A stretch of 48,211 nt of DNA from Alphaproteobacteria bacterium. GTDB taxonomy: Bacteria > Pseudomonadota > Alphaproteobacteria > MPNO01 > UBA830. Positions 28,575-37,862 of the stretch are shown here, one piece after another. The notes beneath the pieces are model-generated. The model worked only from the letters and a program-made list of their open reading frames with translations, made no database searches and had not been told where the DNA came from. The stretch covers positions 1 through 48,211 of the forward strand of contig JAYPTI010000006.1 of the NCBI GenBank assembly GCA_038133505.1, given 5' to 3'. A program made the translations under genes and the position numbers. Numbering within the stretch: position 1 is the first letter of the stretch; each line of letters begins with the position of its first letter.

Positions 28575-29865
28575 CCGCCATCACCATTAGCCCGACGGGG
28601 CCGCTGCCCGGGGCGTGGCACGGGATGGAGAGCGCGCAGCTGTCCAGGAAGTTGCCGACCGTCGTGTTCCGGAGCATCAGGATGTTCGCCGCCGCATAGG
28701 CGTCGTCGTCGTTGTCCAGCAGATCGACCGGCGGCGCGACCGTCGCGCAGGTCGGCATCAGAAGCGCATCGAACGGAAGAGCCATCTCGGCGGCCCGTGC
28801 CTGGATGTCGCGCCGCAGATGCTGGCAATCGATCAGGTCCGCAGCCAGAAGCCGTTCGCCGCGGCGGATCCGGACCCAGACCCGCGGGTCGTACAGATCC
28901 TTCTTCTCGTCCATCATCTTGCGATGGTGGGCATATGCCTCGGCCGCGAGAATGCCGCCATACGGCATGGCGCCGGGAATTTCCTCGTACATCTGCGAGG
29001 GGACCTCGACGATTTGCGCGCCGGCCGCCGACAGCCGGTCGAGCGTCGCCTCGAAGGTGGCCGCGACATGGTCGTCGAGGTCTTCGAGCACGTAGTGCTG
29101 CGGTACGCCGAAACGGAGGTTCTCGATCGGTAGCGCTTTCGGAATGACCGGTGCGCGGTCGTCCATCACGGCATCCGTGACGATGCAGCAGGCGACGGTG
29201 GGAGCGAGCGGCCCGACGCTGTCGAGTGTCGACGACAGCGGATAGACGCCGTCGAGCGGGATGCGCCCCGTCGTGGTCTTGAAGCCGGTGATGCCGTTCA
29301 GCGCGGCCGGAATGCGAACCGACCCGCCCGTATCCGTGCCGATGCCGACAGCGCACATGCCGTCGGAAACCGAGACGCCCGCACCCGAGGACGACCCGCC
29401 CGGGATGCGCCCGGTTTCGCGGTCCCACGGGTTGCGCGGCGTGTCGAAATGGCAGTTCAACCCAAGGCCGGAATAGGCGAACTCGGTCAGGTTCGTGCGG
29501 CCGACGAGGACCGCGCCCGCTGCCCGCAGACGCGCGGTGACGATCGAATCTTTCGTCGCCGGCGGGGCATCGTCGTGCGCGCGCGAGCCCGCCCGGGTCT
29601 GCTGGCCCTGCTCGTCGAACAGGTCTTTCAGCGATACGGGAATGCCGGCGAGCGGAGAGGGAACGACCCCCTGCGCGCGCAGACTGTCCGACGCGTCTGC
29701 CGCGGCCAGGGCGGCTTCCTCATGTACGGCAAGGAAGACGCGGCCGCCTTCGCCGCCAGGGTCCTTGATGCGGGCGAGCGCCTGTTCGGTGAGCTCGCGG
29801 CTCGTCGTCTTGCCGCTCCAGAGCGCGGCCTGGATTTCGAGAACAGGCTTCAGCTTGAAGTCCAT
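28507..29865 (-). CDS. amidase signature family enzyme
   Basis: SLKD, GGSSSG, GTDTGGSVRIPA (Ser-cisSer-Lys triad). Confidence 0.93.
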   Translation of the reverse strand: MDFKLKPVLEIQAALWSGKTTSRELTEQALARIKDPGGEGGRVFLAVHEEAALAAADASDSLRAQGVVPSPLAGIPVSLKDLFDEQGQQTRAGSRAHDDAPPATKDSIVTARLRAAGAVLVGRTNLTEFAYSGLGLNCHFDTPRNPWDRETGRIPGGSSSGAGVSVSDGMCAVGIGTDTGGSVRIPAALNGITGFKTTTGRIPLDGVYPLSSTLDSVGPLAPTVACCIVTDAVMDDRAPVIPKALPIENLRFGVPQHYVLEDLDDHVAATFEATLDRLSAAGAQIVEVPSQMYEEIPGAMPYGGILAAEAYAHHRKMMDEKKDLYDPRVWVRIRRGERLLAADLIDCQHLRRDIQARAAEMALPFDALLMPTCATVAPPVDLLDNDDDAYAAANILMLRNTTVGNFLDSCALSIPCHAPGSGPVGLMVMAATGHDDWLVRIGLSIERTLQRA

Positions 29866-29940
29866 CGGGTTTTCCAATCGCAAAGGACCGCCGCCCGGAC
29901 CGGTGCCGGGCGGGGCGGCCGTCGGGCGCAGCTTTGGCGC

Positions 29941-30324
29941 CTACTTGGTCTCGTCGTAGTAGTGGCTCTCGAGCAGCAGGCAGCCGGTCTCGGACTTGAA
30001 CGGGCCGTGCGGCGTTCCCGGCGGGCGGCAGGCATAGGTGTCCGGGCCGAAGCTGCGCCCGCCGTTGCCGTTCTCGTCGTTGCCGACGATCAGGTCGCCG
30101 CGAAGCTGATAGACTTCTTCCCAGTAATCGTGCGTGAAGGGCGCGGTCGTGTAGACGCCCGGCTCGAACTTCAGGAGACGCGTCCGGCAGCCCGATTTGT
30201 TGGTCTCGTCGAGCCCGCCGACGAGGATCTTCTGCTTGATGCCTTCCGGATACCCTTCCGGCACTTCCCATTCGCCGCCCATGTCGACGGCGAAGAATTC
30301 CTTGTGTTGCTTGTTGATCGGCAT
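29941..30324 (-). CDS. ChrR-like cupin domain protein
   Basis: HDYWEEVY..G and RPPGTPHGPF cupin motifs. Confidence 0.85.
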   Translation of the reverse strand: MPINKQHKEFFAVDMGGEWEVPEGYPEGIKQKILVGGLDETNKSGCRTRLLKFEPGVYTTAPFTHDYWEEVYQLRGDLIVGNDENGNGGRSFGPDTYACRPPGTPHGPFKSETGCLLLESHYYDETK

Positions 30325-30361
30325 GTTTGTCCCTTTCCTGTCTTGCGTATTCCGGGTTCCG

Positions 30362-31048
30362 TCAGGTCACGACGGGGAGCGGTGCGACGCCGTAGGCGTG
30401 CGTGATCTTCCGGCCGAGCACCGGATCCTCGATCTCGACCTCGAACCGGTCGGCGGGGCGGATGCCCCCGATGGCGGCCAGCGTGCCGCAATACATCGCC
30501 ATGCTGGCCGGCAGTTCCGTCTTGCCGTCGAGATAGAGCCCGATCAGTTCCTCCGGCGGGCGCATCGCCGTCACGCCGCCCTCCTGGTAGAGCTTGCGCT
30601 CGCCGTCCTCGGTCATCCAGGCCCGGAGCAGCAACTCGTCGAAATGATCCGCGACCTCGGCGTATCGCCAGACCGATGCGGAGACCGGCTTGGCGCACAT
30701 CTGCTTCGAGACCGGCACCGAATAGGTCTCGACCTCGCGGTCGGTATGGTCGGAGCCGATACCGATCAGCATGCCGTCGCCGGTGCCAATGAGGACGAAC
30801 TCGACCTCGCCGGACGAGGCGGTTCCGAGAAACTGGAGGTCCTCCGACGTCGTGAAGTTCTCCGCTCCGACGCGATAGAAGCACGGGACCGAGCTCGGCC
30901 TCGGCACGCCGACCTCTTCGAGTTCCTTGATATGCTTTTCGAGCGCTTCCACGTTGCGCCCCGTCCAGCCGGCGATGACGAGATCGTCGATCCGGACGTC
31001 CTGCCGGGTGCCCTCGGGCTCGATGGTGAATGTCAGCGTTGTCGGCAC
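30362..31048 (-). CDS. DUF2848 family protein
   Basis: IAGWTGRN..HIKELEEVGV..PSSVPCFY, SGEVE, GSDHTDR, SKQMCAKP. GTG start; the 697-aa ORF-track extension is antisense to an MFS gene. Confidence 0.85.
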   Translation of the reverse strand: MPTTLTFTIEPEGTRQDVRIDDLVIAGWTGRNVEALEKHIKELEEVGVPRPSSVPCFYRVGAENFTTSEDLQFLGTASSGEVEFVLIGTGDGMLIGIGSDHTDREVETYSVPVSKQMCAKPVSASVWRYAEVADHFDELLLRAWMTEDGERKLYQEGGVTAMRPPEELIGLYLDGKTELPASMAMYCGTLAAIGGIRPADRFEVEIEDPVLGRKITHAYGVAPLPVVT

Positions 31049-31189
31049 GCCCTGTCCCCTGTTTTTGAAGGCCGTCAACCTAGCGCCGCCCCCGATGCGA
31101 GGCAATAACCAGGCGCGGGCGGGACTGCCCATTCGGCGCATATCTGATAATGTCTCCCGGCTGCCGCAAGAGCAGTGATGGGGAAGAAG

Positions 31190-32461
31190 ATGGCAGCGAC
31201 AGGAACCGACACCGGCGAGGCGGCCGGCCCGCCGACGGGGGCGAAAGTCATTCTCGTGGTCTTTCTGCCGTTCGGCTGCGGCTACTACCTGTCCTACCTG
31301 TTCCGCACCGTAAACGCCGTGCTCTCCGAAAACCTGACGCGTGAGCTGGGGATCGGGCCGGCCGATCTCGGGCTGCTGACCAGCATCTACCTGATCGCAT
31401 TCGCCTCGTCGCAGGTGCCGCTCGGCGTCGCGCTCGACCGGTACGGGCCGCGCAAGCTGAATGCGTTCCTGCTGCTGTTCGCGGCAGCCGGCGCGGCGCT
31501 GTTCGCCTTCGCGGAGAGTTACTGGCTGCTGCTGGCGGGGCGGGCGTTGATCGGCTTCGGAGTCTCGGCGGCGCTGATGGGCGCCTTCAAGGCGAACGCG
31601 ATCTGGTTCCCCGCCGACCGTATTCCCCTGATGAACAACCTGATCGGTGCGTTCGGCGCGGTCGGCGCGATCTCGGCGACACGACCGGTCGAGATGCTGC
31701 TGCATGTCGCGACATGGCGCGACGTCTTTGCGGGCCTCGCGGTCCTGACCGTCGTCGTCTCGCTGCTGATCCTGATCGCCGTGCCCGAGAAGAAGGAGGC
31801 CGTGCAGAAAGACGAAAGCTTCGGCAGACAGCTCGTCGGATACGGCGAGGTGATCCGAGACGCTTTCTTCTGGCGCGTCAGCCTGATTTACGCGTTCTCC
31901 TATACCGCGTTCGTCTCGTACCAGACGCTGTGGGCGGACCCATGGCTCCGCGATGTCGCCGGGCTCGAGCAGACGGAGCGTGCGAACTATCTGTTCGCGA
32001 TCCAGGTGGGTTTTCTGATCGGGTTGCTCTCGACCGGCATGATCGCCGACTGGCTGCGCCGGACGCGGGTGCAGGCGGTTCACGTCTTCGGCGCGGGCAT
32101 GCTGCTGCTCATGGGGCTCCAGATTCTGCTCGCGCTCGGCGTCACGACGGCGCTGACGGCGATCTGGGGGCTGTTCGGAATCGTGTCGTCCGCGACCTAT
32201 CTCGCCTACGCGGCGCAGACCTCGCATTTCCCCGCCGCATTGACGGGCCGCGCGATAACGGCGATGAACTTCTTCCTGTTCGTGCTCGCATTCATCTGCC
32301 AGTGGGGGATCGGCGGCGTGATCGAAGCGTTTCCGCGCACCGCGTCCGGCGGCTATCCGGTCGAGGCGCATGCCACCGCGTTGTGGATGATGATCGGCCT
32401 GCAGGCCGCCTGTTACCTGTATTTCGCAAGCCCGGTCCTGCGGAGGCGCCGGCATGGCTGA
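31190..32461 (+). CDS. MFS transporter
   Basis: About 12 TM segments, GVALDRYGPRK motif A. Confidence 0.9.
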   Translation: MAATGTDTGEAAGPPTGAKVILVVFLPFGCGYYLSYLFRTVNAVLSENLTRELGIGPADLGLLTSIYLIAFASSQVPLGVALDRYGPRKLNAFLLLFAAAGAALFAFAESYWLLLAGRALIGFGVSAALMGAFKANAIWFPADRIPLMNNLIGAFGAVGAISATRPVEMLLHVATWRDVFAGLAVLTVVVSLLILIAVPEKKEAVQKDESFGRQLVGYGEVIRDAFFWRVSLIYAFSYTAFVSYQTLWADPWLRDVAGLEQTERANYLFAIQVGFLIGLLSTGMIADWLRRTRVQAVHVFGAGMLLLMGLQILLALGVTTALTAIWGLFGIVSSATYLAYAAQTSHFPAALTGRAITAMNFFLFVLAFICQWGIGGVIEAFPRTASGGYPVEAHATALWMMIGLQAACYLYFASPVLRRRRHG

Positions 32462-33728
32462 TGCCGCGACGACGCCGGAACCGCCTGCGGCGAAGACGAT
32501 CCCCGTCCTGCTGCTGACGGTCCTGCTGCCGTTCGGGCTCGGCTATTACATGTCGTACCTATTCCGGACAGTGAATGCTATCATCTCGCCGCAACTGGTC
32601 ACCGATGTCGGTCTCACCGCGGCTGATCTCGGCATGATGACCAGCGCATACTTCGTCACCTTTGCGGCCGTCCAGCTGCCGCTCGGCATCATCCTCGACC
32701 GGTACGGCCCGCGGAAGGTCCAGGCGGCCCTGATGATCGTGGCGGCGATCGGCGCCGCAATGTTCGCCTTCGGGACCGACGCATGGACCCTGGTCGCCGG
32801 GCGCGCCGTCGTCGGTCTAGGCGTCTCGGCCTGCCTGATGGCGGCTCTCAAGGCCAACGTCATGTGGTTCCCGCGCGAGCGGATCCCGTTTCTCAACGGC
32901 CTGATCTTCGCGTTCGGCACGTTCGGCGCACTGTCGACGACGGTGCCGCTGGAGCTGCTCGTGAAGTCCGTCGACTGGCGCACCGTCTTCTGGTGGCTTG
33001 CCGCGATATCCGTCGTGGTCGGCGTTCTGATCTATTTCGTCGTGCCGGAGCGCTCGCAGGAGCAGAAGCAGGCCGTCGCCGGGCAGTCCGCCTTCGCGAG
33101 CCAGGTCGAGGATTTAAAACAGGTCTACGGCAGCACGTTTTTCTGGCGCCTCGCGGCAATGGTGATCGTCCATAACGGCGTCTTCCTGTCCTACCAGTCC
33201 CTGTGGGCCGCGCCGTGGCTAAGGGACGTCGCCGGGCTCGACCGGTCGGGCGTCGCCGATGCGATGTTCATGTTCAACATCGGCATGTTCCTCGGCGTGC
33301 TGTCTCTCGGCTTTCTCGCCGAACGCATCCAGCGGCTCGGCATTCCGCCCATCGTCCCGGCGGGCGCCGGGATCGCGATGTCGATCCTCGTCCAGTGTCT
33401 GTTCGTCGCGCAGTGGACCGACTTCCCCGGATTGCTTTGCCTGCTCTTCGGCTATTTCGGTTCGTCCTCGGTCCTCGCCTACGCCGTCCTCGCGCAGAAT
33501 TTTCCCGCGTCGCTCGCCGGACGGGTGAATACCGCCCAGAACATGCTGACCTTCATTGCCGCCTTTACGACCCAGTGGGCGGTCGGCGTGATCATCGGCG
33601 CCTATCCGTCGCCGGGCGGCGGCCTCTACAGCGCCGAAGGGCACCAGGTTGCCCACGCCGTGTTCGTTGCGATCGAGATATGCGGTTTCGCGTGGTTCAT
33701 CTGGCCGCGCCGGAAGAAAGCGGCATGA
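32454..33728 (+). CDS. MFS transporter (tandem paralog)
   Basis: GIILDRYGPRK motif A; clearly similar to the preceding MFS. Confidence 0.9.
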   Translation: MADAATTPEPPAAKTIPVLLLTVLLPFGLGYYMSYLFRTVNAIISPQLVTDVGLTAADLGMMTSAYFVTFAAVQLPLGIILDRYGPRKVQAALMIVAAIGAAMFAFGTDAWTLVAGRAVVGLGVSACLMAALKANVMWFPRERIPFLNGLIFAFGTFGALSTTVPLELLVKSVDWRTVFWWLAAISVVVGVLIYFVVPERSQEQKQAVAGQSAFASQVEDLKQVYGSTFFWRLAAMVIVHNGVFLSYQSLWAAPWLRDVAGLDRSGVADAMFMFNIGMFLGVLSLGFLAERIQRLGIPPIVPAGAGIAMSILVQCLFVAQWTDFPGLLCLLFGYFGSSSVLAYAVLAQNFPASLAGRVNTAQNMLTFIAAFTTQWAVGVIIGAYPSPGGGLYSAEGHQVAHAVFVAIEICGFAWFIWPRRKKAA

Positions 33729-34159
33729 GCCCGCGCGAATATCCCGACCGGCCGATCTGCGGCGTCGGCGTGGTGTGCTTCAAGGATGACCTCGTGTTGC
33801 TGATCAAGCGGGGCAAGCCGCCGATCACCTGGGAATGGTCGATCCCCGGCGGCGGCCAGGAGATCGGCGAGACGACGCGCGAGGCGGCGCTCCGCGAACT
33901 GAAGGAGGAGACCGGCGTGGAGGCGCGGCTGCTGGGTCTCATCGATGTGATCGATACCGTCCGCGAAGACTCCGACGGCAAGGTGCAGTTCCACTACACG
34001 CTGATCGATTTCGCTGCCGAATGGACAGCTGGCGAGCCCGTCGCGGGCGACGACGCCGCCGACGCCAAATGGGTGCCGATTTCGGAAATAGAGGACCGCG
34101 GCCTCTGGACCGAGACGGTCCGCGTGATCCGCGAGGCCGAGAACCTGCGGGAGCGTTGA
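33725..34159 (+). CDS. NUDIX hydrolase
   Basis: Full Nudix box GGQEIGETTREAALRELKEETGV; ATGA overlap with the MFS stop. Confidence 0.93.
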   Translation: MSPREYPDRPICGVGVVCFKDDLVLLIKRGKPPITWEWSIPGGGQEIGETTREAALRELKEETGVEARLLGLIDVIDTVREDSDGKVQFHYTLIDFAAEWTAGEPVAGDDAADAKWVPISEIEDRGLWTETVRVIREAENLRER

Positions 34160-35533
34160 ATGGCGAAGGACCTGCGGAGCTTCTTCGACAAGAACGACGG
34201 GCTCATCCTGCGGGTTCCGAAAACGGTTCGGCGGGAAGACCTGAGCGTCCTGATCACCCAGGCGAACCGGCCGGTCCTGTTCGAAAAGATCGACGGTTAT
34301 GACGGCTGGTCCGTCGCCGACCTGCTGTTTCGCGACCGCATCGCACAGGCGGCGGTGCTGGAAACCGATCCCGGGAGAGTGACCGAAGTTCTGGCCGAGC
34401 GCCTCGCGCTTCCCCCGCGCGCGCCGTCGCGCGTCGGGACCGCGCCGTGGAAAGAGAATATCCACAAGGCGGGGGCCTTCGACCTGCGCCGAATACCAGG
34501 GTTCCGTCACGGGACCCGCGATCCGTGCGAGGTGCTGATCGTCATGAACGTGTGTCGCGCGCCCGACGGGGGGGCGGCCAACCTGTCCTTCACGCGCCTG
34601 TCGCCGTTCGAGGAACGCCGCGCGACGATGCTGATCGGCTCGTCGCCGCACCAGCGCGCGATCCTCGAGGCATGGAAGGCGCGCGGCGAGCCGATGCCGA
34701 TGGCCTGCGTCGTCGGCACGCATCCCGCCTACGAGATCATGGCGAGCTACAGCGTGCCGGACCACCTGGACCGGTTCGGCGAGCTCGACATCGTCGGCAA
34801 TTTGATCGGCGAGACGGTCGAGACGGTGGCGTGCGAGACCGTTCCGCTGGAAGTGCCGGCGCATGCCGAGCTCGTGATCGAGGGCTACGTCCACGGCGAC
34901 GAGTTGCGCGAGGACGGACCCGGCCCGTCGCAGGCGCTTTACTACCTTCCGGGCGCGACGCAGCAGCCCGTGTTCGAGGCGACGATGCTCGCCCACCGAA
35001 CCGGCCCCATCCTGCGGCAGCACAACACGTTGCTCTATTCGGATCATCAGCCGCTGATCTCGCTGCCGCACGAGGCGCTTCTGCTGGAGCGCCTTCGCGC
35101 CGAGACGGCGGACGTGCGCGACGTCTATTACGTGCCGTGGGGCGGGACGCTGGCCTGCGTCGTACAGGTCTCGCCGCGGGCCGACGGGGAAGTACGGAAC
35201 CTGCTGATGCTCGTACTCGGCCAGCGCTGGCCGAGCTGCAAGCTCGCGATCGCGGTCGACGAAGACGTCGATATCGGCACGGCGGAGGATCTGGTGTGGT
35301 CGCTCGCGACACGGGTCGACCCGACGCGCGACCTGTTCGTCGTCCCCGACGCCAAGACCCATCCCATCGACCCGACCGCGCGCCAGACCGGCGATCATCC
35401 GCGCGACGTCGTCACCGGCAAATGGGGGATCGATGCGACGAAGCCGTCGCTCCAGCACCCCGAGGCGCGCGCGCGTTTCGAGCGCACGGTTCCGCCCGGT
35501 TTCGGCGAGGTGTCGCTGGCGGATTACCTGTGA
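34160..35533 (+). CDS. UbiD family protein, divergent active site
   Basis: DLRSF, VLFEKI, NLSFTR, AELVIEG, KLAIAVDEDVDI, ATRVDP, IDP, KWGIDATKP. DGPGPS replaces EGPFGE. Confidence 0.88.
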   Translation: MAKDLRSFFDKNDGLILRVPKTVRREDLSVLITQANRPVLFEKIDGYDGWSVADLLFRDRIAQAAVLETDPGRVTEVLAERLALPPRAPSRVGTAPWKENIHKAGAFDLRRIPGFRHGTRDPCEVLIVMNVCRAPDGGAANLSFTRLSPFEERRATMLIGSSPHQRAILEAWKARGEPMPMACVVGTHPAYEIMASYSVPDHLDRFGELDIVGNLIGETVETVACETVPLEVPAHAELVIEGYVHGDELREDGPGPSQALYYLPGATQQPVFEATMLAHRTGPILRQHNTLLYSDHQPLISLPHEALLLERLRAETADVRDVYYVPWGGTLACVVQVSPRADGEVRNLLMLVLGQRWPSCKLAIAVDEDVDIGTAEDLVWSLATRVDPTRDLFVVPDAKTHPIDPTARQTGDHPRDVVTGKWGIDATKPSLQHPEARARFERTVPPGFGEVSLADYL

Positions 35534-36516
35534 GCGCGACGATGCGCGCGATCGTCGTCCGGCAGGCGGGCGGCCCTGAGGTTCTGCAGATCGAGGAAGA
35601 CTGGCCGCGGCCCGAGCCGCATACGGGACGTGTCCTGATCCGGGTCATGGCGTTCGGCCTCAACCGCGGCGAACTCTATACGCGGCTGGGCCACTCGCCG
35701 ACCGTCTCGTTTCCCCGAGTCCTCGGCATCGAGTGCGCCGGTATGGTCGAGGACGGAGGAGGGACTGCCTTCCGGAAAGGCCAGACGGTCGTCGCCACGA
35801 CGGGCGGCATGGGACGCGCCTACGACGGCAGCTACGCCGAGTTCGTCTCGGTTCCGGCCGGAAGCGTGCACGCGGTCGAGACGTCGCTCGACTGGGTGCA
35901 ACTCGCTGCCGTGCCCGAGCTGTTCCACACCGCATGGGGCGCGCTCGAACTCGCGCTCGGCATCGAGGCCGGCCAGACCCTGCTGATTCGGGGCGGCTCG
36001 TCCGCCGTCGGGCTCGTTGCAGCCGATCTCGCGCGCGTCAAACGTCTGACCGTTCTTTCGAGCACGCGCGATCCCGCGAAGGCGGACAGGCTGCGGGACT
36101 TCGGCGCGGATCGCGTCGTCGTCGGCGGCGACGAGATCGCGCCCGCGGTGCGGGCCGTCGTGCCGGACGGCGTCGACGCGATGTTCGATCTCGTCGGGAC
36201 CAGCGTCATCGACGACAGCTTCGCCTGCATCCGGACCGGCGGTACGCTCTGCATGGCGGGGCTGCTGGGCGGCGAGTGGGTGATCGACGGCTTCGCGCCC
36301 GGCGCGACGATCCCGTCGACCACGAAGTTCACTTATTTCTCCAGCTCTTCCACGCCGATGCGGACCGATGCACTGCAGGCCTATCTCGACGGACTCGAGG
36401 CCGGGTGCTACCGGCTGCCGCTCGAACGCGTGTTCGGGTTCGACGAGATCGGCGATGCCCACGCGCTGATGGAGTCCAATACCGCGGCCGGCAAGATCGT
36501 GGTCCGGGTGACGTGA
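35530..36516 (+). CDS. MDR-family NAD(P)H:quinone oxidoreductase-like protein
   Basis: GGPEVL, FGLNRGE, PRVLGIECAG, GSYAEF, GKIVV; no catalytic-Zn GHE motif. Start GTG 35530 or ATG 35542. Confidence 0.88.
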   Translation: MSATMRAIVVRQAGGPEVLQIEEDWPRPEPHTGRVLIRVMAFGLNRGELYTRLGHSPTVSFPRVLGIECAGMVEDGGGTAFRKGQTVVATTGGMGRAYDGSYAEFVSVPAGSVHAVETSLDWVQLAAVPELFHTAWGALELALGIEAGQTLLIRGGSSAVGLVAADLARVKRLTVLSSTRDPAKADRLRDFGADRVVVGGDEIAPAVRAVVPDGVDAMFDLVGTSVIDDSFACIRTGGTLCMAGLLGGEWVIDGFAPGATIPSTTKFTYFSSSSTPMRTDALQAYLDGLEAGCYRLPLERVFGFDEIGDAHALMESNTAAGKIVVRVT

Positions 36517-37724
36517 GGCATCCGGTCTTTCTCGTCGCGTCGTTCTGTACGGCGCTGGTCCTGTCGCTGCTGGGGTTCATGGCGCCGGCGGCCGTCCTCG
36601 ACGACATCATCCGCGACTGGTCGCTGACGAACACTCAGGCGGGATGGTTGGGCGGCGCGCTGTTTGCCGGCTACATCGCTACCGTGCCGATCCTGACCGC
36701 CTACACGGACCGGATCGATCCGAAGCGGATCTATCTCGTCTGCGCGGCGATCGGCACGCTCGGCAATTTCGGCTTCGGGTTCGTCGCCGACGGGCTGTGG
36801 TCGGGCTTCGCGTTCCGGGTGTTGACCGGCGTCGGGCTGGCGGGGACCTATATGCCCGGCCTGAAGGCGCTAACCGATCAGCTTGCGGCTGGAACCGTTC
36901 AGCAGCGCGGCGCGACCTACTATACGTCGGTCTTTGCGCTCGGCTCGGGGCTGTCGATCCTCGTGGGCGGAATCGCGGGCGATATGGCCGACTGGCACTG
37001 GGCGTTCGCGGTCGCCGGCGTCGGCTCGTTCGGCGCGCTCGCGATCGTTGCGCTGGTCCTGCCCGCCAATCCGCCGGCGCCCCGGGGCGAGAAAGCTGCG
37101 TCGGCACTCAATTTCCGGCCCGTTCTCCGGGACAGGAACGTGATGGGCTACGTCTGTTCGTTCCTCGGAATCGCGTGGGAGGTCTTCGCCAGCCGTATCT
37201 GGCTGGTCAGCCTGTTCGTTTTTCTTCAGGCGGCCCTGCCGGAAGCCGAGCGCGGCTGGAGCCCGGCCGTGTGGGCGACCGTCGTCGCGTTCGTCGGCGT
37301 GCCTGCCGCGATGGGCCTCGGCGAGCTTGCCGTCCGATACGATCGGCGACGGCTCCTGATCGCCGTGTCTGCGGCGTCGGCCCTTCTTGCGATGGCAGCC
37401 GGCCTGACGCTGGGCGTTTCCTACGAGCTGACGCTCGTCCTCTGCCTTCTTTTCGGTATGACGTCCTACGGCCGGAACGCGGCCACGACCGCCGGGACGA
37501 TCGCCGTTGCGAATCCCGCGCGGCGCGGCGCGACGCTGGCGGTGCAGGCGTTCATCGGGTTTTCCGGCGGGATTTTGGGGCCGCTTGCCTTCGGCGTGGC
37601 GCTGGACGGGGCAGGGGGCGCGACGGAGGCGGGAGCCTGGGGAGCGGCGCTGTGCGTGATGGCGGCCGGCCCCGTTCTGTCCCTGATCTCCCTGCTTCTC
37701 CTGCCGCAGTCGCGGAGAAACTGA
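36513..37724 (+). CDS. MFS transporter
   Basis: About 12 TM segments, TDRIDPKR, GLAGTYMPGLK; GTGA overlap with the upstream stop. Confidence 0.88.
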   Translation: MRHPVFLVASFCTALVLSLLGFMAPAAVLDDIIRDWSLTNTQAGWLGGALFAGYIATVPILTAYTDRIDPKRIYLVCAAIGTLGNFGFGFVADGLWSGFAFRVLTGVGLAGTYMPGLKALTDQLAAGTVQQRGATYYTSVFALGSGLSILVGGIAGDMADWHWAFAVAGVGSFGALAIVALVLPANPPAPRGEKAASALNFRPVLRDRNVMGYVCSFLGIAWEVFASRIWLVSLFVFLQAALPEAERGWSPAVWATVVAFVGVPAAMGLGELAVRYDRRRLLIAVSAASALLAMAAGLTLGVSYELTLVLCLLFGMTSYGRNAATTAGTIAVANPARRGATLAVQAFIGFSGGILGPLAFGVALDGAGGATEAGAWGAALCVMAAGPVLSLISLLLLPQSRRN

Positions 37725-37727
37725 AAG

Positions 37728-37736
37728 TTATCCACA
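37728..37736 (+). promoter_or_regulatory. perfect DnaA box
   Basis: TTATCCACA, intergenic. Confidence 0.55.
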
Positions 37737-37790
37737 GGCGGCGCGATCGGCTCGAATTTTTTTCAAAGTTTTTTCGAATTTGGCCTGCAT

Positions 37791-37805
37791 TTAACGCTTC
37801 ATTAA
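37791..37805. promoter_or_regulatory. full CtrA binding site TTAA-N7-TTAA
   Basis: TTAAcgcttcaTTAA, 57 nt upstream of ATG 37863. Confidence 0.65.
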
Positions 37806-37862
37806 GCAGCCCGGCGATCCAATGGCACATGACGAATAAACGTGCCACAAGGGAGAACCGGC

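Noticed and set aside
29891-29913. CCGCCCGG/CCGGGCGG hairpin between cupin and amidase
   Set aside because: No U tract, and such stems arise readily at this GC content; at most an intercistronic stabiliser.
30362-32455. 697-aa ORF suggesting a large DUF2848 fusion
   Set aside because: The N-terminal 469 codons are the antisense shadow of the MFS gene; the real gene starts near 31048.
34447-37724. 689-aa and 663-aa ORFs that look like fusions (reductase, MFS)
   Set aside because: The Arg/Gly-rich extensions are off-frame readings of upstream genes. True starts overlap the upstream stops (35530, 36513). The same applies to 8019-9629, 24262-25815, 40082-41650 and 44139-45914.
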